Of a DNA stretch of 34,494 nucleotides, positions 8,901 through 17,001 are shown one piece after another. The stretch comes from a virus (lineage: Duplodnaviria; Caudoviricetes), in IMG/VR virus record IMGVR_UViG_3300044267_005908, positions 1 to 34,494 of that record, one strand, 5' to 3'. Each line of letters opens with the position of its first letter. The stretch's first letter is position 1. The translations under genes were made by a program, and so were the position numbers. The notes below the pieces were generated by a model. That model worked only from the letters and a program-made list of their open reading frames with translations, did not search any database and was not told the origin of the DNA.

Positions 8901-10628
8901 AACTATTCTACATCCTTTAAAATGATCCATATAATCATAATCAGTATTATGGTCAGGTACATAAGGGTTCCAATCAGTAGGTATAACATTATCCCAAAAC
9001 CAATTATTCCATCCTAGGATTTTAGAGACTCCATCTTGGGACCCTTCCCCAAACTTCCATTCATTTTCTGGATATCTTATAAGGTGTTCTCTTCTAGCTT
9101 CTCCAATATCATATGCACGTCCACCCTTATCATAATAATTATTATTATAAGGGGTACTTATTACGGTATATTCTCCTCTTCTTCTTCCCCCCAATCCATA
9201 ATCAATTTGACCACCTACTCCCCCTTGACCTGAAGAATAATATTTTGTATTATTTCTGTTCATAGGAGTTACAGCACCACCTTGATTATTATAAGCTATT
9301 ACATTAATACTTTGTCCGTCAGTATACATGCATGTAAAAAAACCAGGGTTAATATATTCAACAAATTCAACCCAAGGACCTCTTCCATTTTGTCCCATTT
9401 CAGGACATTGTCCTCCAATATATTGAGCTTTTAATATTTGGTCAACAATATCAGAATCACTAGGCATTTCATTAGCGTCTATCATTGATTGATAATGATC
9501 AGCTATCTGTTGTCTTAATTCTTGATTAGAAGTATTACCTGCTATTAATGAAACTGGAACATTATTTACATCTTGCATTTGTTCTCTTTGAGTATCATTT
9601 ACCCTTATCATTAAACTATCAGATTCTCTATCTAAACTATGTTTAAGTGATCTAAAATAATAATAAAGACTATCTTTAACTTCTATTTCATATTGATTAG
9701 AATTAGGTAATTTATTATTTGTTTCATATGTTTTTTTATGGCCTGTTAATGATTCTAAAAGTTCACCTGCTGCCATTAATTCTGTAGTGCAATCATATCC
9801 CCCATCTTCTCTGGCTTTAAATGTATAATTTTTAACTGCTCCAATAAAACCATCATAATTTCCCCCTGTGTATTCTTTAATTTGTCTTATTGATCTATTT
9901 AAATCATCAATACCCATACCTGATGGGTTAAGAAATGGACCTGCAATAGAAAAGCTGTTATCTTGTCGAGTGGAATTATTATCTATATAAGGATCCCACC
10001 CCCATTCTATAGCTACATAATGTCCTGGCCTCATATAGAGGGTTTCTAGCATATCTAACTGACGTTTATTATAACAAATAAAATTGATTCTAGCTTCTCT
10101 AAGCTCTCCATTATTTCCTTTAGTTCTAATTTCAGCATCTATAATACCAGGCATTGGTACTTCTCCATAATCACCATCACTATCTGCTCTAATAGAAGGA
10201 TCTCCATAGGTAGCATTTTGTTTTTTTGTATCTTCATATCCCCCTCTTATAGTAGCATCAGCATTTCTAGTTCCTCCTTCTAAAACCCAATATTGAGCTA
10301 ATGATTCTGGGTTTTTTAAATATATTCCTTTTTCATATGCATTAAGACTTAAATCAGATGCTAAAGTGTTTTTTCTTGTTTTTAAATCTACACCTGACAT
10401 CATTCTAATAAATGCTTGTTTTTCAACAGTATAAGCATAAAAAGATTCACCATTTAAACCAAATCTACTATTTAATTGAAAATCGAGATATTCATCTCCC
10501 TCTGTCATATCATCATCAAGACGAGCATTTGCTAGAATTATTTTTCTAACATCAAGTTGATCCTTAACATATTTTTTAAAGGGTTCAAATACACCTCCAA
10601 TACTACCTAATGTTTGGTCTTGAGACAT
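5937..10628 (-). CDS. Baseplate hub (gp27/VgrG-like) protein with a C-terminal M15-type zinc peptidase motif
   Basis: PMPGI..., LETLYMRPG....IEWGW, GNYDGFIGAVKNYTF...DGGYDCTTEL and the late H.I...DWTV.V.G strand fit a hub fold. It follows the tape measure and LysM genes. The C-terminus has TSGRD, SKHNQGEALD (H-x6-D) and HYH. Confidence 0.7.
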   Translation of the reverse strand: MSQDQTLGSIGGVFEPFKKYVKDQLDVRKIILANARLDDDMTEGDEYLDFQLNSRFGLNGESFYAYTVEKQAFIRMMSGVDLKTRKNTLASDLSLNAYEKGIYLKNPESLAQYWVLEGGTRNADATIRGGYEDTKKQNATYGDPSIRADSDGDYGEVPMPGIIDAEIRTKGNNGELREARINFICYNKRQLDMLETLYMRPGHYVAIEWGWDPYIDNNSTRQDNSFSIAGPFLNPSGMGIDDLNRSIRQIKEYTGGNYDGFIGAVKNYTFKAREDGGYDCTTELMAAGELLESLTGHKKTYETNNKLPNSNQYEIEVKDSLYYYFRSLKHSLDRESDSLMIRVNDTQREQMQDVNNVPVSLIAGNTSNQELRQQIADHYQSMIDANEMPSDSDIVDQILKAQYIGGQCPEMGQNGRGPWVEFVEYINPGFFTCMYTDGQSINVIAYNNQGGAVTPMNRNNTKYYSSGQGGVGGQIDYGLGGRRRGEYTVISTPYNNNYYDKGGRAYDIGEARREHLIRYPENEWKFGEGSQDGVSKILGWNNWFWDNVIPTDWNPYVPDHNTDYDYMDHFKGCRIVTDGLESYYRWDKTNGANKLNTQYPLAVIKNGKPGLEYTYLPRDQKNGVYSHGEYDDKNPGYAHYKDEKLYAKVQQAEEIIHDIIVSKIGEAAQKELIQSQHYTAGVMDIIALYKWINKITDVLPEEGESSITKADGTVYETPFGFDPTIGEGLEAMLGGTIVKQVSKYKETYYQEDEGGQLGALKDSGYRKNIFVRWDLICQMLNHLTTYKHDKYDSISEFLQINGGLKSPHMEFTYMTPNQDVWTNRHPSKGLTTKYQGDKFYLRYSVPKILDSDPISSINFWGHVDDSFEGTIDHQLSGYNTMNRSDLSGTDYANTTTGIFHHHIGSSFNSQICLMPHMPIFFNMHVQGMVKYDPEFEDSQEGDANRSRTEEEDAHTFGLCSYKLKRNDQQKQARNSVGLIYFNLDYLLKTYEDMRFTRKSSDNYNNLMTLNRGFNILEFVKEIWKGVNDSCAGHYNFRLVTEHERPNKCRIIDLHVSGAPKKNELYKFEPHGLRSVTRQFFYDSKISADMASAISIAAQAPKDANSLDALSFKSFNKNITSRFAIGEDEDTEKEREMMREDLENDIKSFIRKTDSLNFYLYKLNMGHWVITSGEATLDVPLINTTGAIALAQDIAESRASILNRYPLEHPRAGYWREGTTQQVSPIIPLQFSYKMDGMAGMEPLRLFKIDAKRLPMAYNRDDVAFIIKSEQHKITNTQDWTVDVTGQLVLLDTNPNNGDGRNTRQGESSRDDWKIKQLTKPEQPNADLIRSIDQHSDGNYFSIKKNTGKEFQRDWGMATDELTSNRRGLDITEGSAVGFCLFYYFMTAQDDKLTNSKVDGLKTMWNLGVDGAGDTNFKSYFDLYSMSHRFLVPLSSEKITFVVTSGRDLMHEGLNSKHNQGEALDIVIYWGNAPGGKRRIWNGDWDSSKIAPGTESSFADVDLGILEGLDQVFDKLVEMGVLTSYKNEYTDPSGPATAPHYHLRFHDVTFTRDYLIVNSQGANW

Positions 10629-10639
10629 AACTTAAAAAT

Positions 10640-10945
10640 TTAATCTTTATTTAATTCGTGAAAATCTAATAGTATTTTTTCTGTATTAAGGGGGATTCTT
10701 ATTTCTATCCCTGGTTTTAGAGAAAAACTATCTCTTCTAATCATATCTCTATTGGCACCTACTATTACCCACCATAATCTTACATCTTGATAAAACTGAT
10801 GTGCTAAATTATCTAATCTATCTCCTGCTGTTGTAGTTATATATATGTCACTAACGGATAAGGGGATAGAAGGATATTTTATAGGTTTATAATATCTTTT
10901 AAGGTTTTTTTCATTAATGGATATGTGATATAATCTATCTTTCAT
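10640..10945 (-). CDS. LysM-fold baseplate protein (gp53/tail X-like)
   Basis: TTAGDRLDNLAHQFYQDVRLWWVIVGAN...LKPGIEIRIP is the typical LysM/gp53 signature. Confidence 0.85.
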   Translation of the reverse strand: MKDRLYHISINEKNLKRYYKPIKYPSIPLSVSDIYITTTAGDRLDNLAHQFYQDVRLWWVIVGANRDMIRRDSFSLKPGIEIRIPLNTEKILLDFHELNKD

Positions 10946-12621
10946 TATTGTGTTGTTGTTTTATATTTTACTTCTGATCCTTCTCGTAATCCTCCTGAAT
11001 TTTCATTCCAAGTAGATATATTTAGATTATTCCATTGGCAAAACTCTTCTTTTGTACAGCCAAACTTTTTAATCAATGCTCCTCCTCTATCACCTCCTTG
11101 AACCGTATAATATGAGTATTCATCATTATTACCATTACCCTTTTTCTCCTCTTTTTCTTTAGAGTCTGGGTCTTTTACTCCTTTTACAGACCAATTTTTA
11201 ATGGCACCAATAGACCAATCTGGACTTGTTTGATCAATTCCAATAAATGGAGTTAAATTTCCACTATCTCCTATGCTATTGTTTGGAGTAAAGGCATGTA
11301 TTGGTTGGAAACTACAATTTATATCTAATACATGAGGAAGGATTAACATGTCTGTATCTTTACCGTCATCTGCTTTAACTTCCCAAGGATAATTTGTAGT
11401 CCAATTTGAAGATATACTAGTAAGTACTCCTGGTACTTTGTTAAAATAATCTCCTACAGTTAATCTCATGTAAGGGGTTCTTATTCTACCTGTGGATGAA
11501 TAATTAGGGGCTGTTTGGGATACTAAAAAATTTAATTTTTGATAAAGTGGTTTCATTTCATCTCTTGTTTGAGCTGCTATTTTGAAGGCTAATTGTATTT
11601 TTCTATCAAAAGCATTATATGTGTAAAATTTTTCACCTCTACCACTATATTTTATCTCATTATGAGAGGCATTATATTGATCCCCTAGTTGTTCAAGAAA
11701 TGCTCTAAATACTATCCAGTATGATTTTTTTGGGTCTGTGGAATCTATAACTTCAAATCTAAAAGGAACAAAATCCGATGTAGCCCATTTTGATTCGGGG
11801 TAGCTTTTTATAGCTTCTGATAATCCTTTAGCGCCTACTTCAAATATACTTAAATAATTAACTTTATCTCTTTTGGATTCTTGAGTTGTTTGATAATTTC
11901 TTCCTTTATCTCCTCCAAAAACTCCTCCAAGTCCTGAAAAGTCAACTAATTTATTTTTAAAGTTTTTTTCTTCACCAGCACCTACATCTCCTATACCTCT
12001 TTTTTCGGGCATTGTTAAATCTTTTTCTACAACACCTCCTATATAATCACTCCCCAACAATTTGTCTATAAAACCTCCAACTTTACCTCCTATTAAATCA
12101 GCAAAACCTGATCCAAGATTAAGTCCGTCTGAAACTTGAGGTAATATTCCGTCTCTTCTAATATTACTCATTCCTGAAGCTGCTACTTGTGCTAATAAAT
12201 TACCTCCTAGATTCCAAACTCTTGCATTTTTTTGAGGATTCATAAGTTGTAATCCTGTTTGTCTAAGTATAAAATGCTGTCCTTGTGGAGAATTAAATAG
12301 AAATTTAGTAATTCTATCAACATCTACACTTCTTCTACCAAGATTTTCTATATCACCCCCTCTAAGCATAAAATCAGGTACAGCAGAATCTCCTAAACCC
12401 TTACTTCCCCCAAAATCTTGACCTGTTAAGTAAGTAGGTATATGTCCAGTTCCCTCAGCATCATCACCAAACCATTTTATTCTATCGGTAAGATGCATAT
12501 TAGCGTCAAATGAGGTATCACCTTGGAATGTTATTCCTTTAGACCCTTCAGGAGCATTATAAGCAGAAGATTGCCCTAAAGTAAAACTTTCTTGATTATT
12601 TAGTAAATCTACTAAAGCCAT
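10945..12621 (-). CDS. Tail tube initiator / baseplate-tube junction protein with a C-terminal LysM domain
   Basis: FRAFL..L.D.YNA...EIKYSGRGEKFYTY..FDRKI.L.F and PYMRLTVGD....PGVLTSIS......PWE fit a tube-fold initiator (gp48/gp54/Afp7-like). The C-terminal YTVQGGD...KKFG.T.EE...WNNL...L..G is LysM-like. Confidence 0.7.
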   Translation of the reverse strand: MALVDLLNNQESFTLGQSSAYNAPEGSKGITFQGDTSFDANMHLTDRIKWFGDDAEGTGHIPTYLTGQDFGGSKGLGDSAVPDFMLRGGDIENLGRRSVDVDRITKFLFNSPQGQHFILRQTGLQLMNPQKNARVWNLGGNLLAQVAASGMSNIRRDGILPQVSDGLNLGSGFADLIGGKVGGFIDKLLGSDYIGGVVEKDLTMPEKRGIGDVGAGEEKNFKNKLVDFSGLGGVFGGDKGRNYQTTQESKRDKVNYLSIFEVGAKGLSEAIKSYPESKWATSDFVPFRFEVIDSTDPKKSYWIVFRAFLEQLGDQYNASHNEIKYSGRGEKFYTYNAFDRKIQLAFKIAAQTRDEMKPLYQKLNFLVSQTAPNYSSTGRIRTPYMRLTVGDYFNKVPGVLTSISSNWTTNYPWEVKADDGKDTDMLILPHVLDINCSFQPIHAFTPNNSIGDSGNLTPFIGIDQTSPDWSIGAIKNWSVKGVKDPDSKEKEEKKGNGNNDEYSYYTVQGGDRGGALIKKFGCTKEEFCQWNNLNISTWNENSGGLREGSEVKYKTTTQ

Positions 12622-12640
12622 AATAGGTTAATTTTATTAA

Positions 12641-13042
12641 TTAACAAAATCCACCTGGAGGACAATTATCTATGTAAGGCCCTCCAAATTGACCTAATAA
12701 GGCATTTGTTTGTTGTCCTGAATATGTTAAAGGATCAGCGGGTGTATTTAAGTCCTGAAAAGGTGAATTAGTTGGAGATTTAAAATATGTTATTGTACCT
12801 CCACCATAAGAATGGTTTTCACTTGTTATATTTTCAGTCATTAAATCAACCATATGATCTCCTGTTGAACTTATGAAAGGTGATTGTTGCCATCCTGAAT
12901 TCCCATTTGCAAAATAAATACCATTTGCTGGTGAAGGACCAGAACTAGCAAAATTTTCTCCTGTAAATCCTTGTGCTACAGCAGTTGAATTATCACCATG
13001 AGTATGTCTGTCATACATTGATTTTTTGTCTAATAAACTCAT
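12641..13042 (-). CDS. Hypothetical low-complexity tail/baseplate-region protein
   Basis: 133-aa G/S/N/P-rich ORF between the tape measure and tube initiator, with its own ATATTTAT motif upstream. Confidence 0.6.
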   Translation of the reverse strand: MSLLDKKSMYDRHTHGDNSTAVAQGFTGENFASSGPSPANGIYFANGNSGWQQSPFISSTGDHMVDLMTENITSENHSYGGGTITYFKSPTNSPFQDLNTPADPLTYSGQQTNALLGQFGGPYIDNCPPGGFC

Positions 13043-13073
13043 AATTTTTAATTTTTTAGTTATTAATTCTATT

Positions 13074-13082
13074 TATAAATAT
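13074..13082 (-). promoter_or_regulatory. ATAT[T/G]TAT putative late promoter
   Basis: Minus strand ATATTTATA upstream of the ORF starting at 13042. Confidence 0.55.
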
Positions 13083-15022
13083 TAATCATTCCACTTTGTG
13101 TGGTGATGTTTTGAAGCTTTTACAGCACCATATGAATCATAATCTATGGATGCATCAACAACCATAGGTCTTTGATTACCTTGGTTATTATTTCTAAAAG
13201 AAGGATGTGTTCCTGCTCCTAAAACTAAAGTATCTTCGGGAAGTGTTGTTATTCTTAAATCACCCGCAGAAATAGTCATGTCTTGAGGAGCAGTAAGTCC
13301 TGTACCTGATAATGAATCACCTTCTTCCCATTCTTTCTCTCGTCTCTTTTTCATATCTGAAAATATCGCTGTTCCTCCTCCTTCAATGTTAAATACTTTT
13401 GCCATCCAACCAGGCATTACCCATGATTCTAATCCATCCATTAAATCTGTAAATATCATTTTTAATTGCTCCATAGCAGCATTAAAACTTTGTTGGATAG
13501 TTAATTGTTGTTTTGCATTTTTTATATCTTCAAATTCTCTAGCTGAAGCTCTACCTTTTAAATCTTCTAATTTTGTTTGTTCAAATAACATATCAGCTAA
13601 TTGATCTACACCCATACCTAAAGCATCTGCTAAAGCTTTTTGTTCTAATACATTCATTCTAGTGAAATCTAAATAATCACCTGCATTTTTTAAAATTTCA
13701 GAATGAAAGGTTTCCATATCTCCTGTAAGTGCTGCTAATCTAGCTGTTTCTAAATTAAGTTGTCTACCTAAAAATAATTCAGCTGATAATTCTTTTTCTA
13801 TAGAAGAATGAAAATTTAACATACCTTGAGAGGATTTAAATATCTCTCCCATAGTCATTCCAAGTACTTGAGCTCGTGCAACAACTCTACCTAAAGCTCC
13901 TTCATTTTGATAATAAAGAGCTCTCATTTGTCCTGTTGTTTTAGCAACTGAATCAACAACTTTCCATTGGTCTATTTGAACATCTAATTGATGTTCCATT
14001 GCAACCCCTCCTTCACCTATTAAATCTAATAAATGTTGTGCAGGTCTACCTGAAGCCATGACATTTGCTCCTAGATTTAAAGCAGCTTCTGCAGATAACT
14101 CAAACCTATTTTGTAGAGTAGCCATATCATTTAGAAAATCATTTCCTAAATATAATATTGTAGTACCCCATGCATCATTAAACTGACCATGAACTTTTAA
14201 TAATTCTTGTTGAGTATTTAATATATTGTTTGATTCGTATGCTGCATCAAATAGTGAATTTCTAAATTTTCTTGCTTCCGCTTGGGATACCCCCATATTT
14301 TTAGAAATAGATACTACTTCGGAGTTTATTTTCATTATAAACTTTACCAAATCCCAAACTAATAGTACACCTGTCATTAACCATCCCATTGGGCCCATTG
14401 CTACTCCTGCTGCTTTTAATAAATTCAAACCTACTTTTCCAGCTACTTTTAAAGCAGCCCCAAATCCTTTACCTGCTACAGCAGCTCCTCTCATTCCTTT
14501 AGCCATAGCTCCAGTTGCTTTGGCGGCTTTATCAAACCCCATACCCTTAGCTCCTTTTGACATGTTTGATAAAAATTGGACAGATTTGGTTTCTCCTTTT
14601 GCAGCCATATTAACAACATTTTTCATTGACTTATTTGCCGCTGATCCTTGATCTTTTATCCCTTGAATTTTATCTTTTATTGCTTTTTTTTCAGCAGCAC
14701 TTGATTTTTTCATTTTATTAAGGATTTGAGTTTCTAAATCACTAGCTTTACTATCTAGTTTATTAGATACCTTTTTCATTTGTGCTGATTTTGATTGAGC
14801 AGTTGCTAAATCTACCTCTCCTTGTTTAAGTTGATCAATAATGCCTTCACTTTTTTCTAATTCTTTAGAAAAAACTCTTACCTGATCTACTAAACTTTGA
14901 AAAACTTGAGTTTTTCCAAAACCCTCTAAAGAGTCAACTATTTTTTTAGCAGCACCAGATGCACTATGTAAATTTTTATCAAATTGTTTGGATGATTGAT
15001 TTATGTCGTCTCCGTTAGCCAT
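13082..15022 (-). CDS. Tail tape measure protein
   Basis: Helical A/K/G/M-rich sequence with a hydrophobic segment (GPMGWLMTGVLLVW) and SIEKELSAELFLGRQLNLETAR...ALADALGMGVDQL. It lies directly after the tube and chaperone genes. Confidence 0.8.
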   Translation of the reverse strand: MANGDDINQSSKQFDKNLHSASGAAKKIVDSLEGFGKTQVFQSLVDQVRVFSKELEKSEGIIDQLKQGEVDLATAQSKSAQMKKVSNKLDSKASDLETQILNKMKKSSAAEKKAIKDKIQGIKDQGSAANKSMKNVVNMAAKGETKSVQFLSNMSKGAKGMGFDKAAKATGAMAKGMRGAAVAGKGFGAALKVAGKVGLNLLKAAGVAMGPMGWLMTGVLLVWDLVKFIMKINSEVVSISKNMGVSQAEARKFRNSLFDAAYESNNILNTQQELLKVHGQFNDAWGTTILYLGNDFLNDMATLQNRFELSAEAALNLGANVMASGRPAQHLLDLIGEGGVAMEHQLDVQIDQWKVVDSVAKTTGQMRALYYQNEGALGRVVARAQVLGMTMGEIFKSSQGMLNFHSSIEKELSAELFLGRQLNLETARLAALTGDMETFHSEILKNAGDYLDFTRMNVLEQKALADALGMGVDQLADMLFEQTKLEDLKGRASAREFEDIKNAKQQLTIQQSFNAAMEQLKMIFTDLMDGLESWVMPGWMAKVFNIEGGGTAIFSDMKKRREKEWEEGDSLSGTGLTAPQDMTISAGDLRITTLPEDTLVLGAGTHPSFRNNNQGNQRPMVVDASIDYDSYGAVKASKHHHTKWND

Positions 15023-15043
15023 AGATACATTAATTTATTTTAT

Positions 15044-15052
15044 TATAAATAT
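15044..15052 (-). promoter_or_regulatory. ATAT[T/G]TAT putative late promoter (tape measure)
   Basis: Minus strand ATATTTATA between the terminator and the tape measure ATG. Confidence 0.6.
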
Positions 15053-15055
15053 ATA

Positions 15056-15082
15056 AAAAAGAAAGGTATCTGTGATACCTTT
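15056..15082 (-). terminator. Intrinsic terminator
   Basis: Minus strand AAAGGTATC-ACA-GATACCTTT followed by a T-rich tract, immediately after the stop of 15082..15405. Confidence 0.65.
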
Positions 15083-15405
15083 TACTTTTTGATTTGATAT
15101 GTGGATGAAGGTTGTATATTAGGGCCTGATATTTTACCTGGCTTTTGATTATACTGTTTTTTTAACTTTTCATTTTGTTTTGCTTTTTCTTCTAAATGTT
15201 CTTTAATATTCTTTAAATGAAAATGTCGCATCCAAATTGGCATATTGTACACCTCAGAGTGTTTAAAACCACCGCCGCCATGGTACACTAGATCGTGGAT
15301 CTGTTGGTGAACAATACTTCTAAACTCCGGCGTCAGGCCAAAAAAAGGAGAGGCTGATGGGAAAAAATACATTGGTTTCAATGTGTCCATCGTTATATTT
15401 AACAT
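15082..15405 (-). CDS. gp51-like / GT-type tail assembly chaperone extension, probably reached by frameshift rather than from the listed ATG
   Basis: QIHDLVYHGGGGFKHSEVYNMPIWMRHFHL resembles the C-terminal chaperone motif (EI..MP...R..Y). It overlaps the upstream gene by 86 nt in the +1 frame. Confidence 0.7.
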   Translation of the reverse strand: MLNITMDTLKPMYFFPSASPFFGLTPEFRSIVHQQIHDLVYHGGGGFKHSEVYNMPIWMRHFHLKNIKEHLEEKAKQNEKLKKQYNQKPGKISGPNIQPSSTYQIKK

Positions 15406-16084
15406 CTGCTTTCATTTCAACACCTGGTTGAATTTCATTGTTGTATTGTCTAAAAGCTCTAGCATCTCTTGCTAATAAACTATCATTTACAAAATCTCTA
15501 ACTGTTTTTTGATTATAATCTCCATTTACAGATAAAAATGTATGTGTGAGTCTTATTGTAGATTCAGATACATTATTATTGATTTTTTTTAGTCCTTCTA
15601 TTTCTTTTTCAATTTTAGTTTCATCTTCTTGAGTTTGAAATTTGAAAGTAATAGGAACTTTAGAAAATGGTAAAGTAAATTCAAATTCATTTTTATTTTT
15701 TTTAATTAATTTTGAATTTAATTCTTTATCTTTTATATTTGATAAATCAATAACAGCTTCTTCTTCATTACCTGTTTCAGGGTGAGGTTTTTTAATAATA
15801 TATTCAGGACCATATCCTAAAATACGTGCTGCTAACATAAGTGCATTTTTATCACCAATTAATAAATCTTTATAATCAAATTCAGTAACTATAAGTGATT
15901 TTAATAATTTATCTATAGCTGTACCGTTTTTGATAAAATTAGAATTTGTAAGTATATCTTCCTCACGAGCAGTCATATATTTCATTTCAATGACTCCTTT
16001 ACTTAGAGGAGAATCTTTTGGGTAAAGTAGGCCTTTGGAAGGTAATGTAACTTCTTCAGCCGGGAATTGTGGTTGTTTTTCCAT
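15320..16084 (-). CDS. T4 gp26-like baseplate hub / tail assembly chaperone
   Basis: VTLPSKG, MKYMTAREEDIL, LLIGDKNALMLAARILGYG, IDLS, LPFSK and terminal FFWP match the gp26-like pattern. It lies between the tube and tape measure. Confidence 0.8.
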   Translation of the reverse strand: MEKQPQFPAEEVTLPSKGLLYPKDSPLSKGVIEMKYMTAREEDILTNSNFIKNGTAIDKLLKSLIVTEFDYKDLLIGDKNALMLAARILGYGPEYIIKKPHPETGNEEEAVIDLSNIKDKELNSKLIKKNKNEFEFTLPFSKVPITFKFQTQEDETKIEKEIEGLKKINNNVSESTIRLTHTFLSVNGDYNQKTVRDFVNDSLLARDARAFRQYNNEIQPGVEMKADVKYNDGHIETNVFFPISLSFFWPDAGV

Positions 16085-16117
16085 AACGTTATTTTTGGTT
16101 TATAAAACTAGTTCAGA

Positions 16118-16126
16118 TATACATAT
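16118..16126 (-). promoter_or_regulatory. ATAT[T/G]TAT putative late promoter (gp26-like)
   Basis: Minus strand ATATGTATA just after the terminator. Confidence 0.55.
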
Positions 16127-16131
16127 ATAGG

Positions 16132-16168
16132 AAATAAAGAAAGCGCTAAAAAATAGCGCTTTTCTTTT
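16132..16168 (-). terminator. Intrinsic terminator (potentially bidirectional)
   Basis: Plus strand AAAGCGCTA-AAAAA-TAGCGCTTT (16140-16162) with T-rich tails on both strands, downstream of the tube operon. Confidence 0.7.
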
Positions 16169-16197
16169 GTATGTAATTGGCCAACTACTGGTTGTGT

Positions 16198-16449
16198 TTA
16201 ATCATTTATATATGCTAATATAGTACCAGAAGTCAGTTTTAATTGACATATAGGTCCTTCAACATATGAACCTGCAGGTATAGTAAAATCAGTACTTATT
16301 GCACTTGTAGTGGTTGTAGTTTCATCACTAAAATGTGTTCCCCATTCACATCTGTCTATTACTACTTCAGCATCAGCATCTCCTGTAGCTTGGAATTTTG
16401 CTATACTTCCTGTAATTGTTCCTGTTCCTGTTACTAGTTTTGCGTACAT
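16198..16449 (-). CDS. Small beta-rich virion (tail decoration-like) protein
   Basis: 83-aa Thr/Gly-rich ORF starting 5 nt after the tube stop and lying before the terminator. Confidence 0.6.
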   Translation of the reverse strand: MYAKLVTGTGTITGSIAKFQATGDADAEVVIDRCEWGTHFSDETTTTTSAISTDFTIPAGSYVEGPICQLKLTSGTILAYIND

Positions 16450-16454
16450 TTGTA

Positions 16455-16940
16455 TTAATAATTTAAGATAGCGTAATCCATATTAATAGTAATAGAAATA
16501 TTTGCTGGTGTATCTGATGTCCAATCCATGTCTCCAAAATTAGCATTTGAAACAAACGCACCTTTTAAAATCCATTCTTCAACAACATCACCAACAGGTC
16601 CTAAAGTTCTAATATTAATATTCTTTTTATAAAAATCAGAATAACCATCTCTACCTGTTACTGATTCATGTGATAATCTTATCCATTCCATAACAGCTTG
16701 AGCACCTGATGGTGTAACTGGATCATATAAATCACAAGTTATGTTTTCCCAATTGGCTTTACCTTTTAATTTTCTTTTTACGTTGATATGGTCTAAAACC
16801 ACTTCATTAAAAGAAACATTGGGTCTACTTATTTTTTTAATTAGGTATGCTGGAACACCTTCGATATCCATCAGGAACCTATTTTGTAATTTAGGTTCAA
16901 ATGCTGTGAACATCATATGTGAAGTTTCTATTATTGCCAT
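16455..16940 (-). CDS. gp19: Tail tube protein (gp19-like)
   Basis: EPKLQNRF, RP.VSF, KGKANWENIT, VMEWI, YKKNI....LGPVGDVVEEWILKGAF....FGDMDW. It directly follows the sheath gene. Confidence 0.9.
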   Translation of the reverse strand: MAIIETSHMMFTAFEPKLQNRFLMDIEGVPAYLIKKISRPNVSFNEVVLDHINVKRKLKGKANWENITCDLYDPVTPSGAQAVMEWIRLSHESVTGRDGYSDFYKKNINIRTLGPVGDVVEEWILKGAFVSNANFGDMDWTSDTPANISITINMDYAILNY

Positions 16941-16976
16941 CTTTTTTTTATTTTATGTATTTTTTCATTATTCTAT

Positions 16977-16985
16977 TATAAATAT
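16977..16985 (-). promoter_or_regulatory. ATAT[T/G]TAT putative late promoter (tail tube)
   Basis: Minus strand ATATTTATA in the sheath-tube gap. Confidence 0.6.
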
Positions 16986-17001
16986 AATAAATTCCTTTTT
17001 T

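Noticed and set aside
15347-15405. Listed ATG start (MLNITMDTLKPMY...) for the gp51-like ORF
   Set aside because: It lies inside the gp26-like coding region and the N-terminal 20 aa look non-conserved. Frameshift entry is more plausible, though not proven.
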